Positions 1 to 9,940 of a DNA stretch of 64,000 nucleotides are shown here, piece by piece. The stretch comes from an uncultured Candidatus Saccharibacteria bacterium (lineage in GTDB: Bacteria > Patescibacteriota > Saccharimonadia > Saccharimonadales > Saccharimonadaceae). The translations under genes and the position numbers were made by a program. Numbering within the stretch: the first letter of the stretch is position 1; every line of letters begins with the position of its first letter. Below the pieces are notes generated by a model. The model did not search any database and was not told where the DNA came from. It worked only from the letters and a program-made list of their open reading frames with translations. Location: positions 320-64,319 of the forward strand of contig CAZWCY010000002.1 of NCBI GenBank assembly GCA_964633035.1, read 5' to 3'.

Positions 1-74
1 AAATCAAACTATGAAGTTTTCCACAAAAGATGCACTAAAAACTACACTTAAATTATAAGCTCTAACTAGAATAT

Positions 75-2069
75 TTATTCTTCGCCCAAAAGTTTTAACA
101 ATTCTGCTTCATCAATCACAGTAATACCGAGTTTGGCAGCTTTTTCAGTTTTACCCTTGCCAGCCTTAGCGCCCGCAATCAATGCAGTGGTAGTTTTGGT
201 TACTCCGCCAGTCACCGTAGCACCCAATGCTCGCAATTTATCTTCAGCTTCCTCGCGCCCCATGCGGTCTAGCGTGCCCGTCACGACATAACTTTTACCA
301 ACCAACGGCAGACCATCCAGCTTCACCTCTTCCGGCCGTACTCCCAGTTCACGTAATTCTTGCAACATTTTAAGATTATCTTCATCGGCAAAATACGCCA
401 AAATCGATTCCGCTACCACTTTGCCAATATCCGACATTTGCAACAAATCTTCCTCGGTGGCTTGCTCAAGTTTTTCAATACTACCAAACCCACGTGCCAA
501 AGTTGTTGCTGTTTGTGCCCCCACGTGCCGAATTCCCAAAGCCGTGATGAATTTATTCAGCGGCGGTCGTTTGCTCTGCTCAATCGCATTTACTAAATTC
601 TGCGCCGACAGTTCACCAAATCTTTCCAGTTGCATCAACTGCCCTACTTTAAGACGATATAAATCCGCAATGCTTTTTACTAAGTCCATATCTACCAGCA
701 CTACGACGTTCTTTTCGCCTAAACCTTCAATATTGAGAGCCGGCTTGGAAGCATAATATTGCAAAGCACGTTTTAGAATCAGATCTGAGTTTTCGCCTTT
801 CACCCGATAAACCACCTCACCATCCGCTCGCTCAAACTCCAATTCTGGATATTGCTCATGCAACGCGGCTTCATAATTAAATGGCTGTGTGCCAGCTGGT
901 CGCAAACTCGTCAAAACTTCCTTCACTTGCGGAATAATATCACCAGCTTTATAAATAATCACCGTGTCACCAATGCGCACGTCGAGCCGTGCAATTTCAT
1001 CAGCATTGTGCAAACTGGCATGCTTAACCGTACTACCAGCTAGTTGCACTGGATCAAAAATTGCCACTGGCGTTGCCGCACCCGTGCGACCAATCGAAAT
1101 CACAATGTCTCGCACTTTGGTAGTAGCTTCTTCGGCCGGGAACTTAAAGGCCACCGCCCCACGCGGAGTTTTACCGACGATGCCTAGTTTTTGAAAAACT
1201 GGTCGGTTATTAATTTTGATCACCATGCCGTCAGTATTAAATGGCAAATCCTGGCGCGTTGCATCAAGATGTTTGATCTCTGCAAAAACCGCCTCCATGC
1301 TTGTAAAAACTTTATCCTGTCCAGAAGTCCGAAAACCCAGCTCGCGCAGCTTAGCATAAGATTCACTATTTTTGGCTAAGTTTGGCGTTACTAAATCATA
1401 GGCCATAAACTTCAGCCGGCGGCTTGCAGCGATCTTGGGATCCAACTGACGAATACTACCAGCTGCCAGATTACGCGGATTTGCGTAAGCTTTTTCACCG
1501 GCTTTACGTTGCTTAACGTTTAACTCTTCAAAATCTTTCTTAAAAATCACAATCTCGCCGCGCGCTTCTACATGGCTTTGCTCGGGAATCCGGAGCGGTA
1601 CATTTTCAATCGTGCGCACATTCATGGTGACGTCTTCACCCACCAAACCATCACCACGTGTTACCGCTTGCACCAAGAAACCATTTTCATAATGCAACGC
1701 ACATGCCAAACCGTCCATCTTAATATCAGTAAAAAACTCTGTAATTTTACCTACCAGTTTCTCATTGCTAGCTACCCATTCCCGAATTTCATCTTCCGAA
1801 AAAACGTCCGCCAGCGAAATCATACGCTCCTGGTGAGTGACTTTTTCAAACTTATCCAAAGCTTTACCCGCCACCCGCTGCGTAGGTGAATCAGGCGTGA
1901 TTAATTCCGGAAAAGCTTTTTCTAGTTCTGAAAGTTCATGCTTTAAAGAATCCGCCGCTGCTTCCGACATAATTGATTCATCTAACACATGATAATGATA
2001 TCGATAATCGTTAATTAATTCTCTCAGTTTGAGAATGCGCTGCTCGGCTTCCGCTTTTTCAATTTTCAT
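75..2069 (-). CDS. ligA: NAD-dependent DNA ligase
   Basis: KMDG adenylation motif, TRGDG, NPRNLAAGS, HhH repeats and C-terminal BRCT domain. Confidence 0.97.
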   Translation of the reverse strand: MKIEKAEAEQRILKLRELINDYRYHYHVLDESIMSEAAADSLKHELSELEKAFPELITPDSPTQRVAGKALDKFEKVTHQERMISLADVFSEDEIREWVASNEKLVGKITEFFTDIKMDGLACALHYENGFLVQAVTRGDGLVGEDVTMNVRTIENVPLRIPEQSHVEARGEIVIFKKDFEELNVKQRKAGEKAYANPRNLAAGSIRQLDPKIAASRRLKFMAYDLVTPNLAKNSESYAKLRELGFRTSGQDKVFTSMEAVFAEIKHLDATRQDLPFNTDGMVIKINNRPVFQKLGIVGKTPRGAVAFKFPAEEATTKVRDIVISIGRTGAATPVAIFDPVQLAGSTVKHASLHNADEIARLDVRIGDTVIIYKAGDIIPQVKEVLTSLRPAGTQPFNYEAALHEQYPELEFERADGEVVYRVKGENSDLILKRALQYYASKPALNIEGLGEKNVVVLVDMDLVKSIADLYRLKVGQLMQLERFGELSAQNLVNAIEQSKRPPLNKFITALGIRHVGAQTATTLARGFGSIEKLEQATEEDLLQMSDIGKVVAESILAYFADEDNLKMLQELRELGVRPEEVKLDGLPLVGKSYVVTGTLDRMGREEAEDKLRALGATVTGGVTKTTTALIAGAKAGKGKTEKAAKLGITVIDEAELLKLLGEE

Positions 2070-2092
2070 TTCTTACCTCCACAAAATCACAT

Positions 2093-3163
2093 CTACTTTT
2101 CTTGATAATCTAAAATCCAGCGATAGTAACGATAAATATAAATGGTCGCATAGATAAAGACAAAACAAGTGACCATAAGTAAGAAGAACGGCACTATTGG
2201 CACGCCGTAAAGCCAGTCCCACATACTTTTGAGCCAGAGATCAAGCATGATAATCGGTGTCATAACCACTGCATAAACTAGTGCCACCACAATAAACAAA
2301 TAGATAATCCGAATAATAAATTTTGTACGCCGCCCCGCCATCAAATCTGAAGCCGAAGCCAAAGCCTGAATCGGATAAACTCCCGGCGCTGTTACCGCTA
2401 CTAGTGCAATTAGTGAACTAGATAGAAGATATACTGAAATTAGAATCATTAAAGCGGCAAAAATAAAGTACACCAAAGCATAAAACGGCGTCGACAAAAA
2501 GCCAGTCGCCACGGCTGCCGAGTAAGTAATAATGACCAACATAATCGGGATAGCTTGGATAAAAATCACCACAAACACTAGCAAAGCCGAAATTAAAGGC
2601 GATAAAGCATTATACAGACCATCACGCATTTTAGGCTTACCGCCAGCTAAGAAGTGTCGAGTCAGATAAATTGTCACCAGCCAAATCACTAAAAACAACA
2701 GTAGCATAAACACCATTTGCACTTCGCCCATGCCGGAATCAAGACCTCCTGTCGTCACTGTAGATAGCAAAAGCAATGCCGCCTTCGCAAAGTTGCCAAT
2801 TGACTGACCACCTAATTCCGCGTCAGTACTATCAATTGAATCCTGAAATTGTGTATAAAGATCTTCGCTTAATAATCCCACTAGCAAAATATACATTACC
2901 ACCATCACGGCAATAAATGGTACAAAAGTTTTCCAGTATTTACCGAAAAATTGAAAAGTTGTCACTGCGTGCGACAACAGACCTGGCGCTTTAGTTTCTC
3001 GTACATAATCTTCACGATAGGAACGTTTAAAACTCCGATGCAACCGCACACGTTGAGAGCGAAAATCTCGCCACCGCGTTTTAGTCTTCGTGACTGCTCG
3101 CTTAGTGCGTCGCCATAGGGCACTCGTGGAACGACGAGTTGTTTTAGAAGGCGCCTTTGCCAT
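2093..3163 (-). CDS. Multi-pass membrane protein, unknown function
   Basis: 356 aa with a basic N-terminus and about 6 hydrophobic segments; overlaps the htpX stop. Confidence 0.8.
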   Translation of the reverse strand: MAKAPSKTTRRSTSALWRRTKRAVTKTKTRWRDFRSQRVRLHRSFKRSYREDYVRETKAPGLLSHAVTTFQFFGKYWKTFVPFIAVMVVMYILLVGLLSEDLYTQFQDSIDSTDAELGGQSIGNFAKAALLLLSTVTTGGLDSGMGEVQMVFMLLLFLVIWLVTIYLTRHFLAGGKPKMRDGLYNALSPLISALLVFVVIFIQAIPIMLVIITYSAAVATGFLSTPFYALVYFIFAALMILISVYLLSSSLIALVAVTAPGVYPIQALASASDLMAGRRTKFIIRIIYLFIVVALVYAVVMTPIIMLDLWLKSMWDWLYGVPIVPFFLLMVTCFVFIYATIYIYRYYRWILDYQEK

Positions 3164-4022
3164 GCTCTAGCCTTTCAATGCGTTTCTCAATCGGCGGATG
3201 CGTACTAAACAAACCATTGATGGCACCTTTTCGTAAAGGGTTATTAATAAATAAGCCTTCGGTAGCAGGATTTTGATGGCGCATTGGCCGAGCATGTGTA
3301 TCAAGTTTTTTGAGAGCCGAAATCATACCTTCTGGATAGCGTGTAATATGTGCTGCTGACGCATCCGCTAAATATTCACGCTCCCGCGAAATTGCAAGCT
3401 GTGCTAGTGAAGCTGCTAGCGGCGCCAAAAGCGATACGATAAACAGTACGATCACGCCAATTGGACTGTTATCGTCACTATCATTACGATTAGTATAAAA
3501 AATCATGCGTACGCTTAAGTCTGTGATGTAGCCAATTAAACAAACTAGTCCAAAAGTAATCATCGACACCCGAATATCGTAGTTCTTGACGTGCGACATT
3601 TCATGCGCCATAACCGCCGATAATTCCTTATTATCCATAATATCAAGCAATCCAGTCGTGGCCGCCACCATCGCATGTTTAGGATCACGACCTGTCGCAA
3701 AAGCATTTGGCGCCGGATCATCAATAATATAAACTTTTGGCATCGGTAAACCAGTGGCAATTGAAATATTTTCTACAGTATTATACAAGCGCGCATTATC
3801 ACGTTTAGTAATCTGTTTAGCACCTGTCATCATCACCGCCAGCTGGCCGGCAGCAAAATATTGAATAATTGCATAAACTGTCGCAATTGCTAATACCCAG
3901 ACCGCCACCCACCAATCCTTCATGAAATACGCGACCAGCCAGCCAATCGCCGCAATAATCAACACAAAAAACAGCATAATTAATACGGTATTGCGTTTAT
4001 TAGCGGCGATTTGCTTGTACAT
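3144..4022 (-). CDS. htpX: M48 family zinc metalloprotease HtpX
   Basis: PNAFATG, HEMSH (HExxH), SREREYLAD, STHPP motifs; follows lemA. Confidence 0.93.
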   Translation of the reverse strand: MYKQIAANKRNTVLIMLFFVLIIAAIGWLVAYFMKDWWVAVWVLAIATVYAIIQYFAAGQLAVMMTGAKQITKRDNARLYNTVENISIATGLPMPKVYIIDDPAPNAFATGRDPKHAMVAATTGLLDIMDNKELSAVMAHEMSHVKNYDIRVSMITFGLVCLIGYITDLSVRMIFYTNRNDSDDNSPIGVIVLFIVSLLAPLAASLAQLAISREREYLADASAAHITRYPEGMISALKKLDTHARPMRHQNPATEGLFINNPLRKGAINGLFSTHPPIEKRIERLEHGKGAF

Positions 4023-4052
4023 GGCTATACTCCAGTGGAGAAAGGCTTCACA

Positions 4053-4634
4053 CTACTCAAATTTCACTTCAGGAGCTTTTTCGATTGTAGCCTTCTCGTT
4101 TTCTGGTACCTCGAAATATTCACGCTTCTTAAAATGACCAATCATATTATTAATAATATTTGACGGGAACATCTTAATCTTAGTATTAAGCTCCTTGGCA
4201 CCAGCATTATAGAAACGGCGTGCAGCCTGAATTTTATCTTCTACATCTTGCAATTGTAGTTGCAGTTGCTGGAAGTTAGTATTAGCTTTGAGCTCAGGAT
4301 ATGCTTCAGCAATAGCGAAAATCTTCGACAAAGCACCTTCAAGCGTGCGCTCCGCTTCGGCCGCCGATTTAACACTGTTGGCGCTCATTACTGCCGAACG
4401 AGCCTTAGTGACGTCTTCAAAAGCACTCTTCTCATGTTTAGCATAACCCTTCACGGTCTCAACTACGTTTGGAATCAAATCCGCACGATACTTGAGCTGC
4501 ACTGTGATATCAGACCAAGCCTCGTTAACGCGCTCATCTAGCTTCACTAGGCTATTGTATGTGCCCCAGAACAAAGCAATTATAATTACTACGATTGCAA
4601 TCACAACAATTGCGATAATCCAACCTAAACTCAT
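4053..4634 (-). CDS. lemA: LemA family protein
   Basis: N-terminal TM, YNSLV..WSDITVQL..R.DLIPN, EAYPELKAN, ARRFYN. Confidence 0.95.
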   Translation of the reverse strand: MSLGWIIAIVVIAIVVIIIALFWGTYNSLVKLDERVNEAWSDITVQLKYRADLIPNVVETVKGYAKHEKSAFEDVTKARSAVMSANSVKSAAEAERTLEGALSKIFAIAEAYPELKANTNFQQLQLQLQDVEDKIQAARRFYNAGAKELNTKIKMFPSNIINNMIGHFKKREYFEVPENEKATIEKAPEVKFE

Positions 4635-4698
4635 CTATATTCTCCTTAATGATAAGTCTATTATATATGACTCTTCAGATTCTGTCTACTATTCTCAA

Positions 4699-5007
4699 CT
4701 ACATAACTGATTGAACAATGGCTTGCAAGACGCCAAAACCAGCTAACAGACAGATAATCACAATGTAAATAATTAAGTAGCAAAACTGCGAACGAGCGAA
4801 GTTTCGCAAGTTATGATTACGAGCCATAAAAGCAAAACTGATACAAAGTACCCAACCGACCACTGGGATTGCAAACAAGAACTGATAGCCAAAATAGCCC
4901 CACATGCCAATCGGCTCATAATCATCAGGGATCACATATTCGCGTGGTGCGGTAGTTGCTGCCACAGATCGAGATTTTTTAGTAGTTTTCGCAGTTGTTT
5001 TCGCCAT
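4699..5007 (-). CDS. Small membrane protein
   Basis: 102 aa with two hydrophobic segments (LFAIPVVGW...NLRNFAR); AAGGA RBS. Confidence 0.75.
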   Translation of the reverse strand: MAKTTAKTTKKSRSVAATTAPREYVIPDDYEPIGMWGYFGYQFLFAIPVVGWVLCISFAFMARNHNLRNFARSQFCYLIIYIVIICLLAGFGVLQAIVQSVM

Positions 5008-5142
5008 ATTTTATCCTTTTTAAGACGTTTAAAAGTAATAATACTCAATATAAGTATAAGCTTTTTCCAGAAAAAGTCAAGAAAAAGTGTTTACGCAAAA
5101 CTAAAGTCTTGCTATAATCAAGACAACAAGAGAGGTAATAAT

Positions 5143-6465
5143 ATGGCAGACGATGCAAAAAATCCTACGGCCGACAAATCCGTAGATGAAAAAGGGCAGG
5201 CAAAAGACGAAACAAATTTACCACCGGAGGCAACCAAAAAAGTAAAATCCAAGAAAAATAAGAAATCAACCAAGACCAACGCCGCCCAAGCTACGGCGCA
5301 ACTTGGAGTTGCGGGCACAGAAGATGCTAAAATCACTGCAGAAAGCGCTGAAATTGCTACAGAAGACACTGAAACGAGCGAGAAAAATGCCGAAACTAAT
5401 CCCACTGAAGTCGATACAGCCGCTGAGACTACCGAAACCAATGCCGTTGAGGTAGATACGGCTACCAAAGTTGACGCGACTGCTGAAGTCAGCGCAGCTA
5501 CCAAGACTAATACCGTTGAAGCTGATACAGCTATTAGCCCTGATTTTCAAGCCGAAATTCGCGATCAGATCGAAAACTGTAAGTTCGAGATCGTTGCCGC
5601 TTTGCAAGAAAGTGTCCATAATGAGATGAAGCATGTCATGCAAAACCAAATCCGCAAGACCGAGCGTCGTCGCGTTTTTGGCGTAGTGGTGCGCGACATT
5701 TTAATCTTAATTCTAATCGTAATTGCCGGCTTTTTTGCCTATCGGCTCTATGAATACGGCGAATTTAAGTTCTTATTTCCTGTCTGCGACCAAGATAATC
5801 AAAGTGGCTCCTGCGAGAACCAGGCCACTGAGCCACAGCCAGAGCCTGAGCCAGAAATTATAAAAGACTTAGCTTGGTATCGCAAAAACTATGGTAATCT
5901 TTTTGATAATCTCCAGACTCATCTCGACGCCGATAAGGTTAGTGCTTATTATCTATATAGCGGTGACTACAAAGTTGATGACATTGCCCCGGAGTACCTA
6001 CTCAGCATGGCTTACAATCAGCTGAGTCCAAGCGCCAATAACAATATTCTTACTGTTCCCGCGGCTGATCTCCGTACTGCTTTTGTTGATACTTTTGGCA
6101 ATGCTAATACTTTTGTCAAAAAGAGCTTCACTCATGACTGTTTAAGCTTTAGCTATGATAAGGCTAATGATATTTTTACCGCGCCTAATTTAACTTGTAC
6201 ACAAAATTCCTCGCGCCAAATCTTGGAAGAAATTACTAATATCTATGAAGAAGGCAATGCCTTATATTTCATTACCGTCGCGACGATTTATAACCAGGGC
6301 GAAAACGCCTACTATACTTTTGACAATCTCTTTCACCCCGCAGTTACTAATGTAACCGAGAACGACCTTGCCACTCATAATAGCTTGCTCAACCAATATC
6401 AATATCAGTTTAAACGCACCGATGACGATCATTTCTACTTCAGCGGTATTATCAAGTTGAAATAG
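5143..6465 (+). CDS. Single-pass membrane protein with acidic/Thr-rich repetitive N-terminus
   Basis: Start moved to ATG 5143 (after TGCTATAAT and AGAGG RBS); TEVDTAA-like repeats, one TM, extracellular domain. Confidence 0.8.
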   Translation: MADDAKNPTADKSVDEKGQAKDETNLPPEATKKVKSKKNKKSTKTNAAQATAQLGVAGTEDAKITAESAEIATEDTETSEKNAETNPTEVDTAAETTETNAVEVDTATKVDATAEVSAATKTNTVEADTAISPDFQAEIRDQIENCKFEIVAALQESVHNEMKHVMQNQIRKTERRRVFGVVVRDILILILIVIAGFFAYRLYEYGEFKFLFPVCDQDNQSGSCENQATEPQPEPEPEIIKDLAWYRKNYGNLFDNLQTHLDADKVSAYYLYSGDYKVDDIAPEYLLSMAYNQLSPSANNNILTVPAADLRTAFVDTFGNANTFVKKSFTHDCLSFSYDKANDIFTAPNLTCTQNSSRQILEEITNIYEEGNALYFITVATIYNQGENAYYTFDNLFHPAVTNVTENDLATHNSLLNQYQYQFKRTDDDHFYFSGIIKLK

Positions 6466-6539
6466 TAAATTTCAACTTAACGCCGAAATGCAACTTACGC
6501 AGGATTTCGCATCAAATTTGCCACGTCACTTGCAATATT

Positions 6540-7424
6540 CTATGATTTGACTTGGAAAGTCGACATATTTTTGGTCAGCATTTCGCGCACTAGTTGCGTG
6601 GCTTTGTTTTCCCATTGCAATTCATTCGGATCAGCACTAAAAGCGGCTTGCGGCGCACTAAAGACATAATAGTAGGTATCATCTTCGTAAACCGCCGCCT
6701 CGCGCTGAGCCTGGTACCATTCTTCACTCACAATCTCGCCGTCAGTCTCAATTGGGAAGCGCCCCAAACAACCCAACCCGCTCCAACCGATATGACGCAA
6801 ATCTGCAAAACCTGGCAAGCCGGTCGCCTCCGCCACCGTGCCAGTAACACAGACATCAGTCGAGCGATTAATGGTTTCGGTGTAATATTCCACGCCGCTA
6901 TACATATAAGAAACATTTTTTAGCTGAGTAGGAATTTTAAACTTCAAGCCCCATTCAGCAATGTAAATATACTCCGATTCATCACTTGGGGTGGTTGGCT
7001 TTTCCTCTGGAATTGGGCGACCATACTGGTCGACTTTATAGCCCAGTTCGGTTCCATATTTCACAAGCAGCTGATTTTTCTCGGCAATTTCATTTTCTAA
7101 TCCGGCCACTTTTCCGAATGCCGTCTGACCTTCCTGAATACCATAAGCACCAAAAATCCAACCCGCCACCGCCACAATTGCGAGTATGACTATAGTATAA
7201 AATTGCCATTGCTGATAGAATGGCTTGGATGCCGGCTTAGCTGGATTGAGCACTGACGCAGGAGCAGAAGCGTCGTTGGAAGTTGAAGCAGGAGCCGAAG
7301 TTGGAGCCGAAACTGGATCAACGCCGGCCGACGCCGCTAGATTAGTTTGCGGATTGGGCGCTGGCGTTACTGGATCAAGTGTTGGTTTTTGATTTGGCGG
7401 GGTCGGCGATATATTTGGCTCCAT
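6540..7424 (-). CDS. Membrane-anchored protein with Pro/Ala-rich N-terminus
   Basis: Low-complexity N-terminus, TM, short coiled coil, EWGLKFKIP motif. Confidence 0.8.
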   Translation of the reverse strand: MEPNISPTPPNQKPTLDPVTPAPNPQTNLAASAGVDPVSAPTSAPASTSNDASAPASVLNPAKPASKPFYQQWQFYTIVILAIVAVAGWIFGAYGIQEGQTAFGKVAGLENEIAEKNQLLVKYGTELGYKVDQYGRPIPEEKPTTPSDESEYIYIAEWGLKFKIPTQLKNVSYMYSGVEYYTETINRSTDVCVTGTVAEATGLPGFADLRHIGWSGLGCLGRFPIETDGEIVSEEWYQAQREAAVYEDDTYYYVFSAPQAAFSADPNELQWENKATQLVREMLTKNMSTFQVKS

Positions 7425-7608
7425 AAATTCCTTTTTGTTTAGTTAAATCTCTTATGTCTATTATAGCACACTTCTTGGAAGCGGCGAACAAACGTCTCTT
7501 AGAAATAAACAGAACGAGTGTTACTTAGAAATGGGCAGAACAAATACTACTTAATTGATAGCACAAATATACCTATCTGTTTGACCACAAATATGGTAAA
7601 ATAAAGCC

Positions 7609-8499
7609 ATGTCTCCAAAAACACCGGAAAACGCTGCTAATCTTCGCACTCCAGTCAACAAGAACCCCGCCCTACAGTCAAATACTGAGGGCTTATACCC
7701 TTATTGTAGCATACTGTATTCTATTTGTCAAGAGGAAAATATTAATTTCCAGCTTTTGTCGCTAAATTGGGTAAAACGTCTTGAGAAAGCCGGGCGGATT
7801 CATTACATCGTGGGGTACAAATTTGACCTTAATTCTTACGGCGCCGGTAGTATGGCCGATGATAAATATGCCACTTACTGCGCACTAAATTACGCCCATA
7901 TTCCAGCCGTGGAACATCAAATTCTCTACGATTTCACTAATCAGGCTGACTACGCCCGAGGGCACAATAGTTTTACGGCACTGGAGCAATACTTCAACCA
8001 CCATCAGCAGCATATTGTGATTAAGCCTTGTTGTGGTACAGGCGGTCGCCAGGTTTATCAGCTTACCGACTTAGAACAGGTGATGCCGATTCTGGCAGAA
8101 ATTTTTTACAACCAGCCTGCGGCCTGCCTCTGTCCGTTCTATCAAATTCGGCATGAGTATCGCGTGATTTTACTTGATAACGAAGTAAGGCTCGCTTATA
8201 TGAAGACCCTGCAAAATCCGCAAGCAAACTGGAAGTTTAACTTGCAGCAGGGATCGATCGCGGAGGAAATTCCGCCTGCAATTTACGACCAAGTGGTAGA
8301 CCTAGCCAAACAAGCGGCACGGCAGATTGGTTTGCGTTTTTGTAGCGTTGATATCGTGCAGCTTGATGATGATCAGCTGTTAGTGCTAGAGCTAAATAGT
8401 GGCGTCATGACCAAAACTTATCTAGCTCAACACCCCGACCAGTATGAGCTGATCAAAAATCTTTATCGCGATGCAATCCGAAAGATGTTTGCAGATTAG
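7609..8499 (+). CDS. ATP-grasp ligase (RimK-like)
   Basis: DKYATY, IVIKP..GTGG..V, EYRVILL, WKFNL..G, SVDIV, LELNSG. Confidence 0.85.
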   Translation: MSPKTPENAANLRTPVNKNPALQSNTEGLYPYCSILYSICQEENINFQLLSLNWVKRLEKAGRIHYIVGYKFDLNSYGAGSMADDKYATYCALNYAHIPAVEHQILYDFTNQADYARGHNSFTALEQYFNHHQQHIVIKPCCGTGGRQVYQLTDLEQVMPILAEIFYNQPAACLCPFYQIRHEYRVILLDNEVRLAYMKTLQNPQANWKFNLQQGSIAEEIPPAIYDQVVDLAKQAARQIGLRFCSVDIVQLDDDQLLVLELNSGVMTKTYLAQHPDQYELIKNLYRDAIRKMFAD

Positions 8500-8589
8500 G
8501 AGTTTTAACTGGTCTTGAGCACGCAAGATAGCAATCAATGCAGAGAAAGTCATTTGCAGATTAGGAGTTTTGTGCTAGAATAAGAACAT

Positions 8590-8663
8590 GGCACTGTGGC
8601 GGAGTGGTTACGCAGCGGTCTGCAAAACCGCGTACACCGGTTCAATTCCGGTCGGTGCCTCCA
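8590..8663 (+). tRNA. tRNA-Cys (GCA)
   Basis: Cloverleaf with GGCACTG/CGGTGCC acceptor stem, anticodon arm GCGGT-CTGCAAA-ACCGC, GGTTCAATTCC T-arm, encoded CCA. Confidence 0.97.
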
Positions 8664-8785
8664 AGATTTAGTTTTTGAATAATGACCGTATGGTCGTTTT
8701 TTGTTATAGCCAAAATACCTCATGAAAAGCTAATTTTTGATCATGATTAAAAAATGTTTTTCTAAAAAGACTGTAGTGTCCACTG

Positions 8786-9457
8786 CTAGCGGCGAAAATG
8801 CCAATACAGCAAATATCCGCTCCAGCCTAAAACTATAACCAGCATAATCATTGTGCTAATGTCTAAATGTCGAGACGCGGTAGGATTAGCCGTTACGTCG
8901 CCAGTATTCTCTGGTGCTGCAGGTTGCGTTGCTTGCTCCAGAGCATCAATAGTTGAGCTAAAAACTTCATCACTCATCTGCTCATTCGGCGGCAGTACTT
9001 CCATCACCACCGAATCCGGCAAAGTTGGCTGCTCAAGGTTATCCAAATCTTCGTGCGCAATTTGCCGGCCTGGCATATCTGGCTCAGGGGAGGTTTGCAT
9101 TTCGGGGTCAGTAGTAGTTTGTGGTTCTGGCTCAGTCCGCGCTGGAGATTCAGAAGCAGTTTGCGACTCTGGGTCAATCTGCGATGTAGGTTCGGCGGTA
9201 GTTTGTGGCTCATTGCGCACCAACGCTACGATCTCCGCCGGCTGCATCACCGCAATCCAAGGCGATAAACCACCAGTCGGCGGAATCTCTACTTCGGTAT
9301 TTCCCCAGTTGTCAATACTAATATATTCTGGTGGCATGGGCGCAGCAATGCTTAAATTTAGGAATTTATAGCTCAGGAATCCGCTCGCCGCAAAAACTAC
9401 GACCGTAAAAGCTAGCAGAGGTTTGCGCCGCATACAGTAATCCCAAAGCTTGATCAT
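8786..9457 (-). CDS. Predicted surface protein with Pro/Glu/Thr repeats and C-terminal TM
   Basis: Signal-like N-terminus, EPQTT repeats, C-terminal hydrophobic helix plus RR. Confidence 0.75.
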   Translation of the reverse strand: MIKLWDYCMRRKPLLAFTVVVFAASGFLSYKFLNLSIAAPMPPEYISIDNWGNTEVEIPPTGGLSPWIAVMQPAEIVALVRNEPQTTAEPTSQIDPESQTASESPARTEPEPQTTTDPEMQTSPEPDMPGRQIAHEDLDNLEQPTLPDSVVMEVLPPNEQMSDEVFSSTIDALEQATQPAAPENTGDVTANPTASRHLDISTMIMLVIVLGWSGYLLYWHFRR

Positions 9458-9617
9458 AGTTTAATTATAGCATAGTTTACGAAATATCACAATTATTATA
9501 ACTTGCTTGTGGTTATAGTGTCAAAAAGAATGTTATTTTATATCAAACTTCTTGCAAAATAAAACTTAATTTGAAACATTTTTGTTGGTTTTCTAAAAAG
9601 CTGTGATACAATAGAAT

Positions 9618-9770
9618 TGTTCAAACTTTCATACAATTCAAATAAGCTGTCGAATTATTTAGTGTTTTTGACTAATGTTTAAACATGGCATCATGAGCCA
9701 CAGAGCATTAGTCAGAAATGACGACAGCAATGTGTGAAGGTTTGAACACCCCGCTCGTGGTGCCATTTTT
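9618..9770 (+). ncRNA. Pseudoknotted 5' leader RNA motif, copy 1
   Basis: After TGATACAAT promoter; 9618-9635 pairs with 9731-9748; loop 9685-9698 pairs with 9753-9766; followed by a T-run. Confidence 0.7.
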
Positions 9771-9940
9771 GTATCATGGGAAAAGGTAAAATAACTTCGT
9801 TCTAGTTCTGACTTTACGTTATAGTGAGTTTTAGAACTTGTGTAAGTTTTTGATTAGCTTTTCTCACTCTATTACTTTTTGATACTCTAAGGCACTGTGG
9901 GTTATAAGTATATATACTATCAACAAAAAGGAGGGCCACG

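Noticed and set aside
4813-5142. N-terminal extension of the 550-aa ORF (and similar extensions of hisS, glyS, metG, xseA, recO)
   Set aside because: Overlaps other genes or promoters; downstream ATGs fit the promoter/RBS and family N-termini better
7498-7575. Degenerate ~26-bp tandem repeat (CTTAGAAAT...CAGAAC)
   Set aside because: Only 2-3 decayed units with no spacers; probably a local duplication
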